Shown in pieces: positions 19,208 through 29,634 of a stretch of DNA of 64,000 nucleotides. The notes under the pieces are model-generated. The model was not told the origin of the DNA. It did no database searches and was given only the letters and a program-made list of their open reading frames with translations. Origin of the DNA: Gemmatimonadota bacterium (GTDB lineage: Bacteria; Gemmatimonadota; Gemmatimonadetes; Palauibacterales; KS3-K002); contig JBDHJS010000004.1 in assembly GCA_039586795.1 (NCBI GenBank), positions 80,055 to 144,054 of the forward strand, written 5' to 3'. The position numbers and the translations under genes were made by a program. The first letter of the stretch is position 1. Each line of letters starts with the position of its first letter.

Positions 19208-20378
19208 TTCGAATACTGGAGTAACGGCCCGTCAGCTCTACGGGATTCTAGCGGCAGCCGTATTTGTCTGGCTGCTGTTGGCCTTCGTCTACAGCGTCGC
19301 CGAGATCCTGCTGTTGGTCTTCGTCGCGGCGCTGTTTGGCGTTTACCTGGCCAGCTTCACGGAGTTCTTCTCACGCCGTCTGGGCGTCGGGCGCGGCATC
19401 GGCCTGATCATGGCCCTTGTGGGCACCCTAGTAATAATTGGCGTGGTCGGTGGCCTGATCGTGCCACCGGTAGTGACCCAGTTCCAGCAGTTGGTTGTCG
19501 ATCTTCCGGAACAGGTAGCGGCGGCGGAGACCGAGATCACGAGGCTCGCCCAGGAGAACCATCTGGTCGGCCGACTGATTGGCGGAACAGGTGAGGGGAG
19601 CGCCGCGTTCTTCGACCGATTGTTCCAACAGGCGAGCGATTTCTTCGGCGATGTCGTGCCGTACGTGTTCTCAGGGATCGGCGTCCTGATCCATGTCGTG
19701 TCCGTCTTGATCATGGGCATCTACATGGCACTCAAGCCATCGATCTACAAAGAAGGCATGATCGCGCTGACGCCGCCGGCCTATCGGGAACTCGCCCGTG
19801 ACATCCTGGCGGACCTGGGGCACACGATCCGTTCGTGGCTCGTCGGCCTCGGCATATCGATGGTGGTGCTCGGGTTCTTCACCTGGGTCGGACTCGTCCT
19901 CCTCGACGTCCCGTATTCTCTAGCGTTCGGCGTCTTCACCGGGCTGGCCGTAATCGTCCCCTTCTTCGGTACGATCGTGTCGACGTTGCTGCCGGCGCTC
20001 TTTGTGATCGGTACCGGCGGTATCACCAAGGCGTTGCTCGTCATCCTCTTGGGTGTGGTGGTTCACATATTCGAGGCCAATGTCGTCGCCCCGATGGTGT
20101 TCGAAAAGCAGATCGAGCTGCCGCCCGTTCTTACGATTCTCTCGGTGCTGATCATGGCGAAGCTGCTGGGCGTGGTGGGACTGCTGGTGGCGGTTCCGGT
20201 GCTGGCAAGCGCCATGGTGCTTATTCGCCGCATCTTCGTGCACCGCGTACTGGAAGGGAAGGGTTTCCACCGCATCGAAAGAGACGCTCCTGCGATCATC
20301 AGCCTGCCAACGGGCGACGGGGTGCTGGTGCACCCATCTGCCTCGGAATCGAGCATTCCGGCGTTGCTGGAAGGGTGA
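19200..20378 (+). CDS. AI-2E family transporter (probable CTG start; ORF track start 19278)
   Basis: Multi-TM, VPFFG, EANVVAP and GLLVAVP motifs; GAGGAG 7 nt before CTG 19200. Confidence 0.85.
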   Translation: MADSNTGVTARQLYGILAAAVFVWLLLAFVYSVAEILLLVFVAALFGVYLASFTEFFSRRLGVGRGIGLIMALVGTLVIIGVVGGLIVPPVVTQFQQLVVDLPEQVAAAETEITRLAQENHLVGRLIGGTGEGSAAFFDRLFQQASDFFGDVVPYVFSGIGVLIHVVSVLIMGIYMALKPSIYKEGMIALTPPAYRELARDILADLGHTIRSWLVGLGISMVVLGFFTWVGLVLLDVPYSLAFGVFTGLAVIVPFFGTIVSTLLPALFVIGTGGITKALLVILLGVVVHIFEANVVAPMVFEKQIELPPVLTILSVLIMAKLLGVVGLLVAVPVLASAMVLIRRIFVHRVLEGKGFHRIERDAPAIISLPTGDGVLVHPSASESSIPALLEG

Positions 20379-20474
20379 CTTGCGGTAGACGATAGACGGT
20401 CAACGTGGACGGTAGTACACCTGGCCCGCGGCGCTTACGTGCGCAAGCGGGCCGATTGCTTATCTTCACTCACT

Positions 20475-21521
20475 ATGTCCAGGCGTTTCTTGGTCTTCAC
20501 CGATGGGTTGCTCCCCGACGAGGATGCGAAGACGGGCGTAGCAGCAATTCGGTACTTGCCGAAACAAGTCGTCGCGGTGATCGACCCGCCGACGGCCGAC
20601 GCCACGGTGGAGCAGGTGCTGGGTTTCGGTGGTTCGATCCCGATCGTCGCGGATCTTGCACAGGGATTGCGATACGAACCCGATGCTCTGCTCATCGGCG
20701 TTGCACCTGCGGGTGGCCGGTTGTCGGGTAGGTGGCGACAAACATTCATCCAGGCGTTGGGCGCCGGCCTCGAGCTCTGGAGCGGACTGCACGATCCACT
20801 TACCGCGGACCCGGAGATCGCGGCTGCGGTTGGTTCCAAGAAATTGGTTCACGAGCTTCGTCGCGTTCCGGACGATCTTCCGGTCGCAACGGGAGCGGCT
20901 GCCGGCGTAGAGGCTAAAATCGTTCTCACCGTGGGGACCGACTGCGCGGTGGGCAAGCTAACCACCGCTGTGGAGCTCGTCAGTGAACTTGAACGGCAGG
21001 GCGTTTCCGCGACTCTGGTGCCGACGGGGCAAACCGGGATTCTATTGGCCGGTTGGGGTATCGCCGTCGATGCGGTGAAGAGTGATTTTGTGGCGGGCGC
21101 GGCGGAGTCTCTGGTGCTGCAGGGTGATCAGAGGTCATCCGAAGTCCTCGTTGTGGAAGGCCAGGGCGCGCTCACGCATCCGGGATATTCGGGCGTCACG
21201 TTGGGTCTGTTGCATGGGGCGATGCCCAACGGCATGATCCTCTGTCACGAAGCCGGGCGCCGGCGACATAGCGGAGATGAATACGGCTGGACGGAGTTGC
21301 CCGACCTAGATCGGGTCGTCCAGATATACGAGGAGGCCGCGGCCTGGTTGCGGCCCGCGAGAGTGCTGGCGGTGGCGCTTGATACTCACCGCCTGAACGA
21401 GCAAGAGGCGAGCGGTGCTATAGAGGGTGCGGCGGCTGCGACTGGACTTCCCACGACGGATCCGGTGCGCTACGGAGCGGCACCGCTTGTCGCGGCGGTT
21501 AGGGAGGCGCTGATCGGATGA
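20475..21521 (+). CDS. DUF1611 family P-loop protein
   Basis: AKTG, GTDCAVGK, TGQTG and VEGQGAL.HP motifs. Confidence 0.88.
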   Translation: MSRRFLVFTDGLLPDEDAKTGVAAIRYLPKQVVAVIDPPTADATVEQVLGFGGSIPIVADLAQGLRYEPDALLIGVAPAGGRLSGRWRQTFIQALGAGLELWSGLHDPLTADPEIAAAVGSKKLVHELRRVPDDLPVATGAAAGVEAKIVLTVGTDCAVGKLTTAVELVSELERQGVSATLVPTGQTGILLAGWGIAVDAVKSDFVAGAAESLVLQGDQRSSEVLVVEGQGALTHPGYSGVTLGLLHGAMPNGMILCHEAGRRRHSGDEYGWTELPDLDRVVQIYEEAAAWLRPARVLAVALDTHRLNEQEASGAIEGAAAATGLPTTDPVRYGAAPLVAAVREALIG

Positions 21522-21898
21522 TTGTCGGAATCGGAGTTGACCTTGTAGCCATAGAGCGCATGCGGGCGCTGGTTCGGCGCCACGGCGACCGTGTGCGGCA
21601 CAAGCTGTTCACGGTTCGGGAGTTGGAGGAGTGTGATCAGAGAGCCGACCCGGGAGAATGTCTGGCAGCGCGTTTCGCGGCCAAAGAGGCGACGCTGAAA
21701 GCGATCGGAACCGGAAAGATGCCGGACACCCGCTGGACCGACATCGAGGTTGTGCGTAATGATGACGGGAGGCCGGAACTCGTTCTATCGGGGCGTGTCA
21801 GAGCGCTGGCCGATCAGTTGGGGGTTGGGCGAGCGCTGGTGAGCCTTTCGCACGAGAGGGAGATGGCGGCGGCGTTCGTGGTGTTGGAGACGGGGTAG
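21518..21898 (+). CDS. acpS: Holo-ACP synthase
   Basis: GIGVDLV, RFAAKEA and VSLSHE motifs. Confidence 0.93.
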   Translation: MIVGIGVDLVAIERMRALVRRHGDRVRHKLFTVRELEECDQRADPGECLAARFAAKEATLKAIGTGKMPDTRWTDIEVVRNDDGRPELVLSGRVRALADQLGVGRALVSLSHEREMAAAFVVLETG

Positions 21899-21928
21899 TG
21901 TTCAATCATAGAAGATTACCACCTGATA

Positions 21929-22663
21929 TTACCCCCGCAGCACCTTTCCGCCATCAACCGTGATCGTCTCACCCGTGATGTAATCCGATTCAATCAAGAA
22001 CCGAACAGCTCGCACAACGTCCTCCGGCGCGCCAAGCCGACCTAGCGCCGTCATGTCAGCCAGCCTGTCGCGCTCTCCAGAATCGGTGCCGTCGGGTGGC
22101 AACACCGGCCCGGGCGCCACGGCGTTGACCCGGATCTCTGGTGCCAGGGCGCGGGCCAGAACCCGAGTCAGCATGACCAAACCCGCCTTCGAGACGGAGT
22201 GGGTCGCGTAGGCCGGCCACGGCTGAAAAGCTGCGACATCGGCCAGGTTCACGATGCAGCCACCTCCGGCGCGAGCCATCGCCTTCGCCGCCTGCTGACC
22301 GCAGAAGAAAGCGGCCCGCAAGTTCAGATTGAGGACCTGGTCCCAATCCTCGGGTGTGATCTCCAGTATCGGCTTGCGTTCAAACGTGGCAGCGCTGTTC
22401 ACGAGCACGTCCAGCCGGCCGAAGGCCGCCTCGATGTCCGAGAATAGATGCGGGATGCTCTCCGTATCACGAAGGTCGGCGGCGAAGACCTCCGCTCGCG
22501 CGCCCAGTTCACGCAATTCGTCCGCAGTGCCCTGCGCGGCTTCCGCCGACTCGAAGTGGTGAACGGCGACGTGCGCGCCCGATCTGGCCAGGCCGATCGC
22601 TATCTCGCGCCCCAGGCGGCGTGCGGAGCCTGTGACGAGGGCTACCCGTTCGTGAAGGTCCAT
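21929..22663 (-). CDS. SDR oxidoreductase (pteridine reductase/FolM-like)
   Basis: TGSARRLG, LVNSAA, VNAVAPGP; catalytic YxxxK appears as HSVSK. Confidence 0.85.
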   Translation of the reverse strand: MDLHERVALVTGSARRLGREIAIGLARSGAHVAVHHFESAEAAQGTADELRELGARAEVFAADLRDTESIPHLFSDIEAAFGRLDVLVNSAATFERKPILEITPEDWDQVLNLNLRAAFFCGQQAAKAMARAGGGCIVNLADVAAFQPWPAYATHSVSKAGLVMLTRVLARALAPEIRVNAVAPGPVLPPDGTDSGERDRLADMTALGRLGAPEDVVRAVRFLIESDYITGETITVDGGKVLRG

Positions 22664-22741
22664 TCGGTCCCCATGCGTGTATCGTGTGGCGGTGGCGGTC
22701 AAATTAGCCGGCTGAACCACGGCTTGCCAGCACCAGACCCG

Positions 22742-22993
22742 GGCATAGATCCAGGTGCGGCGGAGTTCGCTCTCCGGCGCGGCCTCGTGGAACGCAACGG
22801 AGATGACATCGACTCTGAACTAACCGGGGCGGACGTGACCGTCGTGGCTACTCCGGTGCAAGAGATCACCAGCCTACTGGCGCGGGTCGGCAACCGCCTC
22901 AAACCGGGGTGTGTCATCACCGATGTGGGAAGCACGAAACGGACGATCGTGGACGCGAGGAGTGGTCTTCCGAAGTCCGTTCGTGGGGTCGGT
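22742..22993 (+). pseudogene. Prephenate dehydrogenase (TyrA)-like fragment
   Basis: ADVTVVATPV...LKPGCVITDVGSTKRTIV; no GxGxxG start and no GGHP/C-terminal domain. Confidence 0.65.
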
Positions 22994-23095
22994 GACCGTG
23001 GCATCTCGACGTCGGCTGTTCGACAATCGTCGCTTGCCGAGATAGAATACGCGGTGATGACCGTATCCCGCCCCCAGCAGCCTACTGGCTGGCAG

Positions 23096-23809
23096 GTGAA
23101 ACCGGGCCGTTTCAAGCTGCGTCTTGGAGTTATCGGCGCGCTGCTAGCATCCGTGGCGCCGCTGGCCACGTGGGCGTGCCGGTCCGAAGGACCGCAGACG
23201 CAGGCCACCGGGGAAGAGCAGGCGGCGGAAGCACTGGTGAGGGCGGGAGCGTTCGCGTATGCCGGCGCCAGGCTGTACACGATCCGCGATGGTGTGACGA
23301 AGGTGCTGGCCGCCCTTCCGGGTGGCGGGCAGGCGCCGGATACGTTGGATGAGTGCGCGCCATCGATCCCAAACCTCGGGGCGGCCCGGTTTCGGGAGCT
23401 CGTCCCATCGCCCGATCCGAATTGGACGGCGTGGGAGACGGCGGGCGCAGGAGCCTGCGTCGGGGTCGCGGCTCGAGCCGCGGGTTCGGTCCAAATGCTC
23501 GGCCATTGGGCGGGCGCGGTTCCTGACAAGGTCATGTGGGCGCCGGCCGGACGCTTCCTGGCCGTGTGGCTGACGCACCCGGGGCAGCGGCGCAGCTTGG
23601 AGTTGTTCGACGCGGAGACGGCCGAGCGGCTCGAGATGCCATGGGAGGCGGAGTGCGGCCTCTCCGGCGGCTGCGATGTTTCGCGAGCATCTTGGGTTGG
23701 AGGGACGCTGCTGAACGTGGACATACGATTGGGGCCGGCGGAGCAACCGGTACCCTTCGAAGTGAACGTCGCCGCTGCTACGCCGACCGGACAGGTCGAG
23801 GAGATCTGA
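23096..23809 (+). CDS. Hypothetical lipoprotein (alternative start 23057)
   Basis: Basic N-terminus, hydrophobic stretch, ATWA-C lipobox-like site; propeller-like WAPAGRFLAV segment. Confidence 0.6.
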   Translation: MKPGRFKLRLGVIGALLASVAPLATWACRSEGPQTQATGEEQAAEALVRAGAFAYAGARLYTIRDGVTKVLAALPGGGQAPDTLDECAPSIPNLGAARFRELVPSPDPNWTAWETAGAGACVGVAARAAGSVQMLGHWAGAVPDKVMWAPAGRFLAVWLTHPGQRRSLELFDAETAERLEMPWEAECGLSGGCDVSRASWVGGTLLNVDIRLGPAEQPVPFEVNVAAATPTGQVEEI

Positions 23810-23810
23810 G

Positions 23811-24173
23811 ATGACCGACACGTTTCTTCGGCGCCGAGTACAGCGCAAACTCGATGCGCTGCCCGACGAAAAGCTATACCAGGTTCTGGACTACATCGAG
23901 TTCCTCGAGGAGAGGTATGGCGAAGAACCTGATACGCCGGACACGATGCAGCGTTTTGCCGAGGGTATACAGGACAAGCTGCGAGCGCGCCGCATGGCCC
24001 CCTGGGCGTTCAAAGGAGTGATGGGCGCGTTGAGTGTCGTGGACCGTGCCGTGGGGACAGCGGCCAAGACGGCCAGAGGTCTTGCGGATGAAATCGAGAA
24101 GGTAGGTCGTAAGGAGCCGGAGAAGTCGGATGACGAATCCGATGAGAACCCCACCAAGATCGTGATTGACTAG
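23811..24173 (+). CDS. Hypothetical protein (DUF2281-like N-terminus)
   Basis: LPDEKLYQVLDYIEFL; GAGGAG RBS; operon-like spacing. Confidence 0.7.
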   Translation: MTDTFLRRRVQRKLDALPDEKLYQVLDYIEFLEERYGEEPDTPDTMQRFAEGIQDKLRARRMAPWAFKGVMGALSVVDRAVGTAAKTARGLADEIEKVGRKEPEKSDDESDENPTKIVID

Positions 24174-24176
24174 CGC

Positions 24177-24545
24177 ATGTCGGTTTCGAGACGTATACGC
24201 GACCTGGTAAAGGGGATCCCGCACTTCCTTCTACTCCTTGTTCGGCTGATCGCAGACGGTCGTGTGTCGGCCGCCGACAAAGCGATTTTGGCGGCCGCTT
24301 TTGCGTATACGCTGACTCCCATAGATCTGATTCCTGATTTCATACCCTTGTTTGGCCAGGTCGATGACCTGTTCTTTCTTGCTCTAGCGATCGATCGATT
24401 GGTGACAAACGCGGGACCGGAGTTGGTGCGCGACCATTGGGATGGCCCGGAAGAGATGCTCGTCTTGTTGTGTGGAAGCCTGGACGACCTGGCTGATCGG
24501 CTACCGGAACCCGTCAGGGCGCGCCTGAAGAGGGCGGCCGATTGA
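24177..24545 (+). CDS. YkvA/DUF1232 family protein
   Basis: YTLTPIDLIPDFIPLFGQVDD motif. Confidence 0.88.
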   Translation: MSVSRRIRDLVKGIPHFLLLLVRLIADGRVSAADKAILAAAFAYTLTPIDLIPDFIPLFGQVDDLFFLALAIDRLVTNAGPELVRDHWDGPEEMLVLLCGSLDDLADRLPEPVRARLKRAAD

Positions 24546-24631
24546 GGGTTTCGGACTGGGGAAAGCCGGCTTTGCAGCATTGACAGGCCAGCGGGGGCAA
24601 GCCAAATTCCCCCATGGAAACTGGAAGATGA

Positions 24632-26167
<1,536 letters not shown>

Positions 26168-26182
26168 CAGGCGATATCAGCG

Positions 26183-26211
26183 TTGACACGAGGTAGGAGC
26201 TGCTCTAATTT
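26183..26211 (+). promoter_or_regulatory. sigma70-type promoter
   Basis: TTGACA-N17-TAATTT. Confidence 0.55.
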
Positions 26212-26292
26212 GCTTGTGTGGTTGAGCTTACGGGCCTGCCGCTTCCCCCCGGCACCTTGTGGAAGCCTCACACGATTCCCACCGGAGTGGCG

Positions 26293-26730
26293 ATGAAGAC
26301 TCCCTGGCAAGAAGGATCGAACCGCGAGCGCGTCAAGCTGGTCGATGCGAGGTTAGAGCATAGCGCCGATAATCGGGCTTACGCCGAAATCGCGCTGGAA
26401 TGGAAAGCCGTTGAGTATCGCGGCAGTGCCACCGAGCATGGACATGGTGCGATCGACCTGCGGGTTTGCGTGCAGGCCACGTTGGAGGCGCTACACAAGC
26501 TTCTGGGCGGTCGAGACGTCTTTCGCTTGGTCGGCGTGAAGTCAGTGAAGGCCTTTGATGACTCGGTGGCGATCGTGGCACTCGGAGTAGCGGATCCGGA
26601 AACTGGGAGCGCCCGGCGATTGATCGGAACGGCGCCAGCCAGCGAGGACAACACTCCGATGGGTGTGGCGCGGGCGGTCCTCAACGCCACCAACCGCGTG
26701 CTGGGGAACTTCCTGGCGACTAGCGAATAG
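26293..26730 (+). CDS. Hypothetical protein
   Basis: GGAG RBS; C-terminal ARAVLNATNR. Confidence 0.7.
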   Translation: MKTPWQEGSNRERVKLVDARLEHSADNRAYAEIALEWKAVEYRGSATEHGHGAIDLRVCVQATLEALHKLLGGRDVFRLVGVKSVKAFDDSVAIVALGVADPETGSARRLIGTAPASEDNTPMGVARAVLNATNRVLGNFLATSE

Positions 26731-26789
26731 GAGGATGCTGGCGTCGGGCTCCGGACTCTAAAACGTTTTCCCTAAACCAATGCTACGTA

Positions 26790-27914
26790 ATGGGCGTGAC
26801 ACCACCGCCGTTTGAACCACCACGTCGAATTCTGATGGGTCCCGGGCCCTCGAACGTGAGCACGCGAGTACTTGACGCGATGGCTCGACCAACGGTGGGT
26901 CATCTCGATCCCGAGTTCCTGGAGATGATGAACCAGGTCTCCGATATGCTGCGTCAGCTGTTTGGGACAAAGAATGACCTAACGTTCGCCGTCTCGGCGA
27001 CAGGCTCCGCCGGAATGGAGATGGCGTTCGTCAACGTGCTCGAGCCGGGCGACACGGCGATCGTCGGTGTGAACGGCGTATTCGGGCATCGCATGTGCTC
27101 GGTGGCCCAGCGAGCCGGCGCCAACGTCATCGTGGTGGAAGCGCCGTGGGGCGAGCCGTCAGATGTTGGTGCGCTGATCGATGCTCAGAAGGCGCACCCG
27201 GATGCCAGGCTACTGGCGGTTGTGCATGCGGAGACGTCGACCGGGGCGCGGCAACCGCTGGAGGAGATTGGCGCTCATCTCCGCGGCAGCGATACGCTCT
27301 TCCTGGTAGATGCAGTAACAAGCCTGGGTGGCATTCCCGTGCAGGTGGACGACTGGGGCATTGATATCTGCTACTCGGGCACACAGAAATGCTTGAGCGT
27401 ACCGCCCGGCCTCTCACCGATCACGTTCTCCGACCGTGCCGTGGCCCGAGCGAAGTCGCGCGAACCAGCCGTGCAGAGCTGGTACCTGGACATCAACCTC
27501 ATCGCTTCCTATTGGGGCGGCGAGCGTGCGTATCACCACACGGCACCGATCAACGCCCTCTACGGTTTACATGAGGGTCTGAGGATCGTGTTGGAGGAAG
27601 GGCTCGAGGCACGATACCTGCGGCATTCCACTTTGGGTGCGGCTTTGCAGCAGGGTCTCACAGAGCGTGGGCTGGATCTGCTGGTGTCCGAGCGCTACAG
27701 GTTGCCGCAACTGACATCGGTCCGGCTGGGTGGCGGCATAGATGATCAATCGCTCCGCCGGGCCCTGCTCGAGCGGTACGATATCGAGATTGGAGGCGGT
27801 CTGGGGCCGCTGGCTGGTGGTGTCTGGCGAATCGGTCTTATGGGCGAGACCTGCCGCGCGGACAACGTGACGGCGTTCCTTGGCGCGTTGGATGAACTGA
27901 TGGAGGTCGGGTGA
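26790..27914 (+). CDS. Alanine-glyoxylate/serine-pyruvate aminotransferase (class V)
   Basis: LMGPGPS, HAETSTG, DAVTS, SGTQKCL (PLP Lys), YHHT. Confidence 0.93.
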   Translation: MGVTPPPFEPPRRILMGPGPSNVSTRVLDAMARPTVGHLDPEFLEMMNQVSDMLRQLFGTKNDLTFAVSATGSAGMEMAFVNVLEPGDTAIVGVNGVFGHRMCSVAQRAGANVIVVEAPWGEPSDVGALIDAQKAHPDARLLAVVHAETSTGARQPLEEIGAHLRGSDTLFLVDAVTSLGGIPVQVDDWGIDICYSGTQKCLSVPPGLSPITFSDRAVARAKSREPAVQSWYLDINLIASYWGGERAYHHTAPINALYGLHEGLRIVLEEGLEARYLRHSTLGAALQQGLTERGLDLLVSERYRLPQLTSVRLGGGIDDQSLRRALLERYDIEIGGGLGPLAGGVWRIGLMGETCRADNVTAFLGALDELMEVG

Positions 27915-29401
27915 TCAAGGTGACTGGCTGGCAGCGAGCATGCACCGTTGCCGTCGCGACAGTTGCGGCGGCGTGTGCTACTAGGGGTGCCGATCCGGCG
28001 CCCGAGCCGTCAGCGCCTGCCCAGGAGGCAACCACAGAAGTCACCTTCGAGGGCTTTCCGGACACGCTCGAGGTGGCCCTGGCTGAGATCGTAGATAGCG
28101 CTACCGCGGCCAGCAATGCGGAGGTCGAGGCGGAAGTCCGGGAGATGTTCGGCGACAGCGAGCTTGTCGAACTCGAGGAGTTGGAGCAGCCCGAGGCTGA
28201 TATTCCGAGCTGGGATATCCCGATCACGATCAACGATGCGGTCGAGCGCTGGTTGGAATACTTCCAAACGCGTGGGCGGGAGAACTTCGCCATCTACCTG
28301 AGCCGTGCCGGCCGGTACGAGCCGATGATGAGGTCTATGTTCCGGGATGCTGGTCTGCCCGAGGACCTGGTCTACATCTCTTTGATCGAGAGTGGATTCA
28401 GCCCCCGCGCCTATAGTCGTGCCCGTGCTGTTGGCCTCTGGCAGTTCATATCGAGCACCGGTCGCCTCTACGACCTACAGATCTCGTATTGGATAGATCA
28501 GCGTCGTGACCCGATCCTGGCCACCAAAGCCGCTGCGGCTCACCTCAAAGACCTGTATGAGGAGTTCGGCTCCTGGTATCTGGCGGCAGCGGCCTACAAC
28601 GGTGGACCGACGCGGGTCAGAAGAGGGATCCGCCGCACCGGTTCGGACGACTTTTGGACGCTCTCCGCGAGACGCTACCTGCGCCGCGAAACGCGCAATT
28701 ACGTACCCAAATTGATCGCCGCTGCACTGATCGCGAAACAACCGGAGCATTTCGGTTTCCACGATATCGAGCAGGCCGAGCCGATGGCCTACGAGATCGT
28801 TCAGGTTCCCGATGCGACCAGCCTGGACGTCATCGCCGACGCCGCCGGAGTTTCGGTGCAGGAGATCATGGAGCTCAATCCTCAGATCCTCAGGGGCGTG
28901 ACTCCTCCCGGACAGGCCTATTCACTGAGGGTGCCTCCGGCGACGAGTCACCGGTTCGCGTTGGCCTACGCGGCGGTGCCGCCTGATGAGCGGGTCACGT
29001 GGGTTCAGCACGTGGTTCGCCGTGGCGACACGCTGGGTAAGCTCGCGCGTGACTACGGGGTCAGCGTATCGTCGATCCGTGCCGCCAACAACAACGTGGA
29101 TCCGCGGCGTCTGCGGGTCGGCCAGCGACTCGTGATTCCTCGCGCTGGCCGCATCCCCCAATACGCGTCGGCAACGCCAACCGTCCGCAGAAGCACCAGC
29201 AATACACAGCCAACTCGAGTTGAGCCCCAGACCCCCGATGGCCCCTTCATCACCTATACAGTGCAGGGCGGTGACAGCCTGTGGATCATCGCCAAGCGCT
29301 ACGACGTTACGGCCCGGGACCTGATGCGCTGGAACGGTCTGACCAGTAGTCGCATCTATCCCGGCGACGAGGTCAAGATCTACGTCGGCAGTAACCGTTG
29401 A
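27911..29401 (+). CDS. MltD-like lytic transglycosylase with LysM domains (lipoprotein)
   Basis: AAAC lipobox, IESGF, AVGLWQF, AAYNGG, ETRNYVPK, LysM repeats. Confidence 0.93.
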   Translation: MIKVTGWQRACTVAVATVAAACATRGADPAPEPSAPAQEATTEVTFEGFPDTLEVALAEIVDSATAASNAEVEAEVREMFGDSELVELEELEQPEADIPSWDIPITINDAVERWLEYFQTRGRENFAIYLSRAGRYEPMMRSMFRDAGLPEDLVYISLIESGFSPRAYSRARAVGLWQFISSTGRLYDLQISYWIDQRRDPILATKAAAAHLKDLYEEFGSWYLAAAAYNGGPTRVRRGIRRTGSDDFWTLSARRYLRRETRNYVPKLIAAALIAKQPEHFGFHDIEQAEPMAYEIVQVPDATSLDVIADAAGVSVQEIMELNPQILRGVTPPGQAYSLRVPPATSHRFALAYAAVPPDERVTWVQHVVRRGDTLGKLARDYGVSVSSIRAANNNVDPRRLRVGQRLVIPRAGRIPQYASATPTVRRSTSNTQPTRVEPQTPDGPFITYTVQGGDSLWIIAKRYDVTARDLMRWNGLTSSRIYPGDEVKIYVGSNR

Positions 29402-29508
29402 GATTCGGGGATTCGGAGCTTACGAGATTCGGTGTTGGTTGTTTGGCGACCATTGAACTTGCAGACGCTACGAGTACCCTCACGGTCGATGTACGACCAA
29501 CATCGAGA

Positions 29509-29612
29509 GTCGAGCGTCGATCGCCGAACAGGAAGTGAACGTCGAGCGCCGGCTGTCTGCTGTCGGCTGTCGAGATAAGAAAAGGCCGGCTCAAAGAGCC
29601 GGCCTTTATCCT
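29509..29612. repeat. 104-bp dispersed repeat (family B, copy 1) ending in a terminator-like hairpin
   Basis: 7 mismatches to 47666-47769 by manual alignment; AAAGGCCGGCTC-AAA-GAGCCGGCCTTT. Confidence 0.9.
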
Positions 29613-29634
29613 CTATCGTCTATACCTCCGCCGC

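Noticed and set aside
22699..23724. 341-aa minus-strand ORF
   Set aside because: Ser/Ala/Pro/Arg-rich shadow of the plus-strand coding region.
22448..23809. 453-aa ORF as a single gene
   Set aside because: Its N-terminus overlaps the SDR gene antisense; better explained as a tyrA relic plus a lipoprotein with an internal signal peptide.
29400..29634. Possible CRISPR array in the repeat-rich intergenic regions
   Set aside because: No regularly spaced 25-40 bp repeats with unique spacers, and no cas genes.
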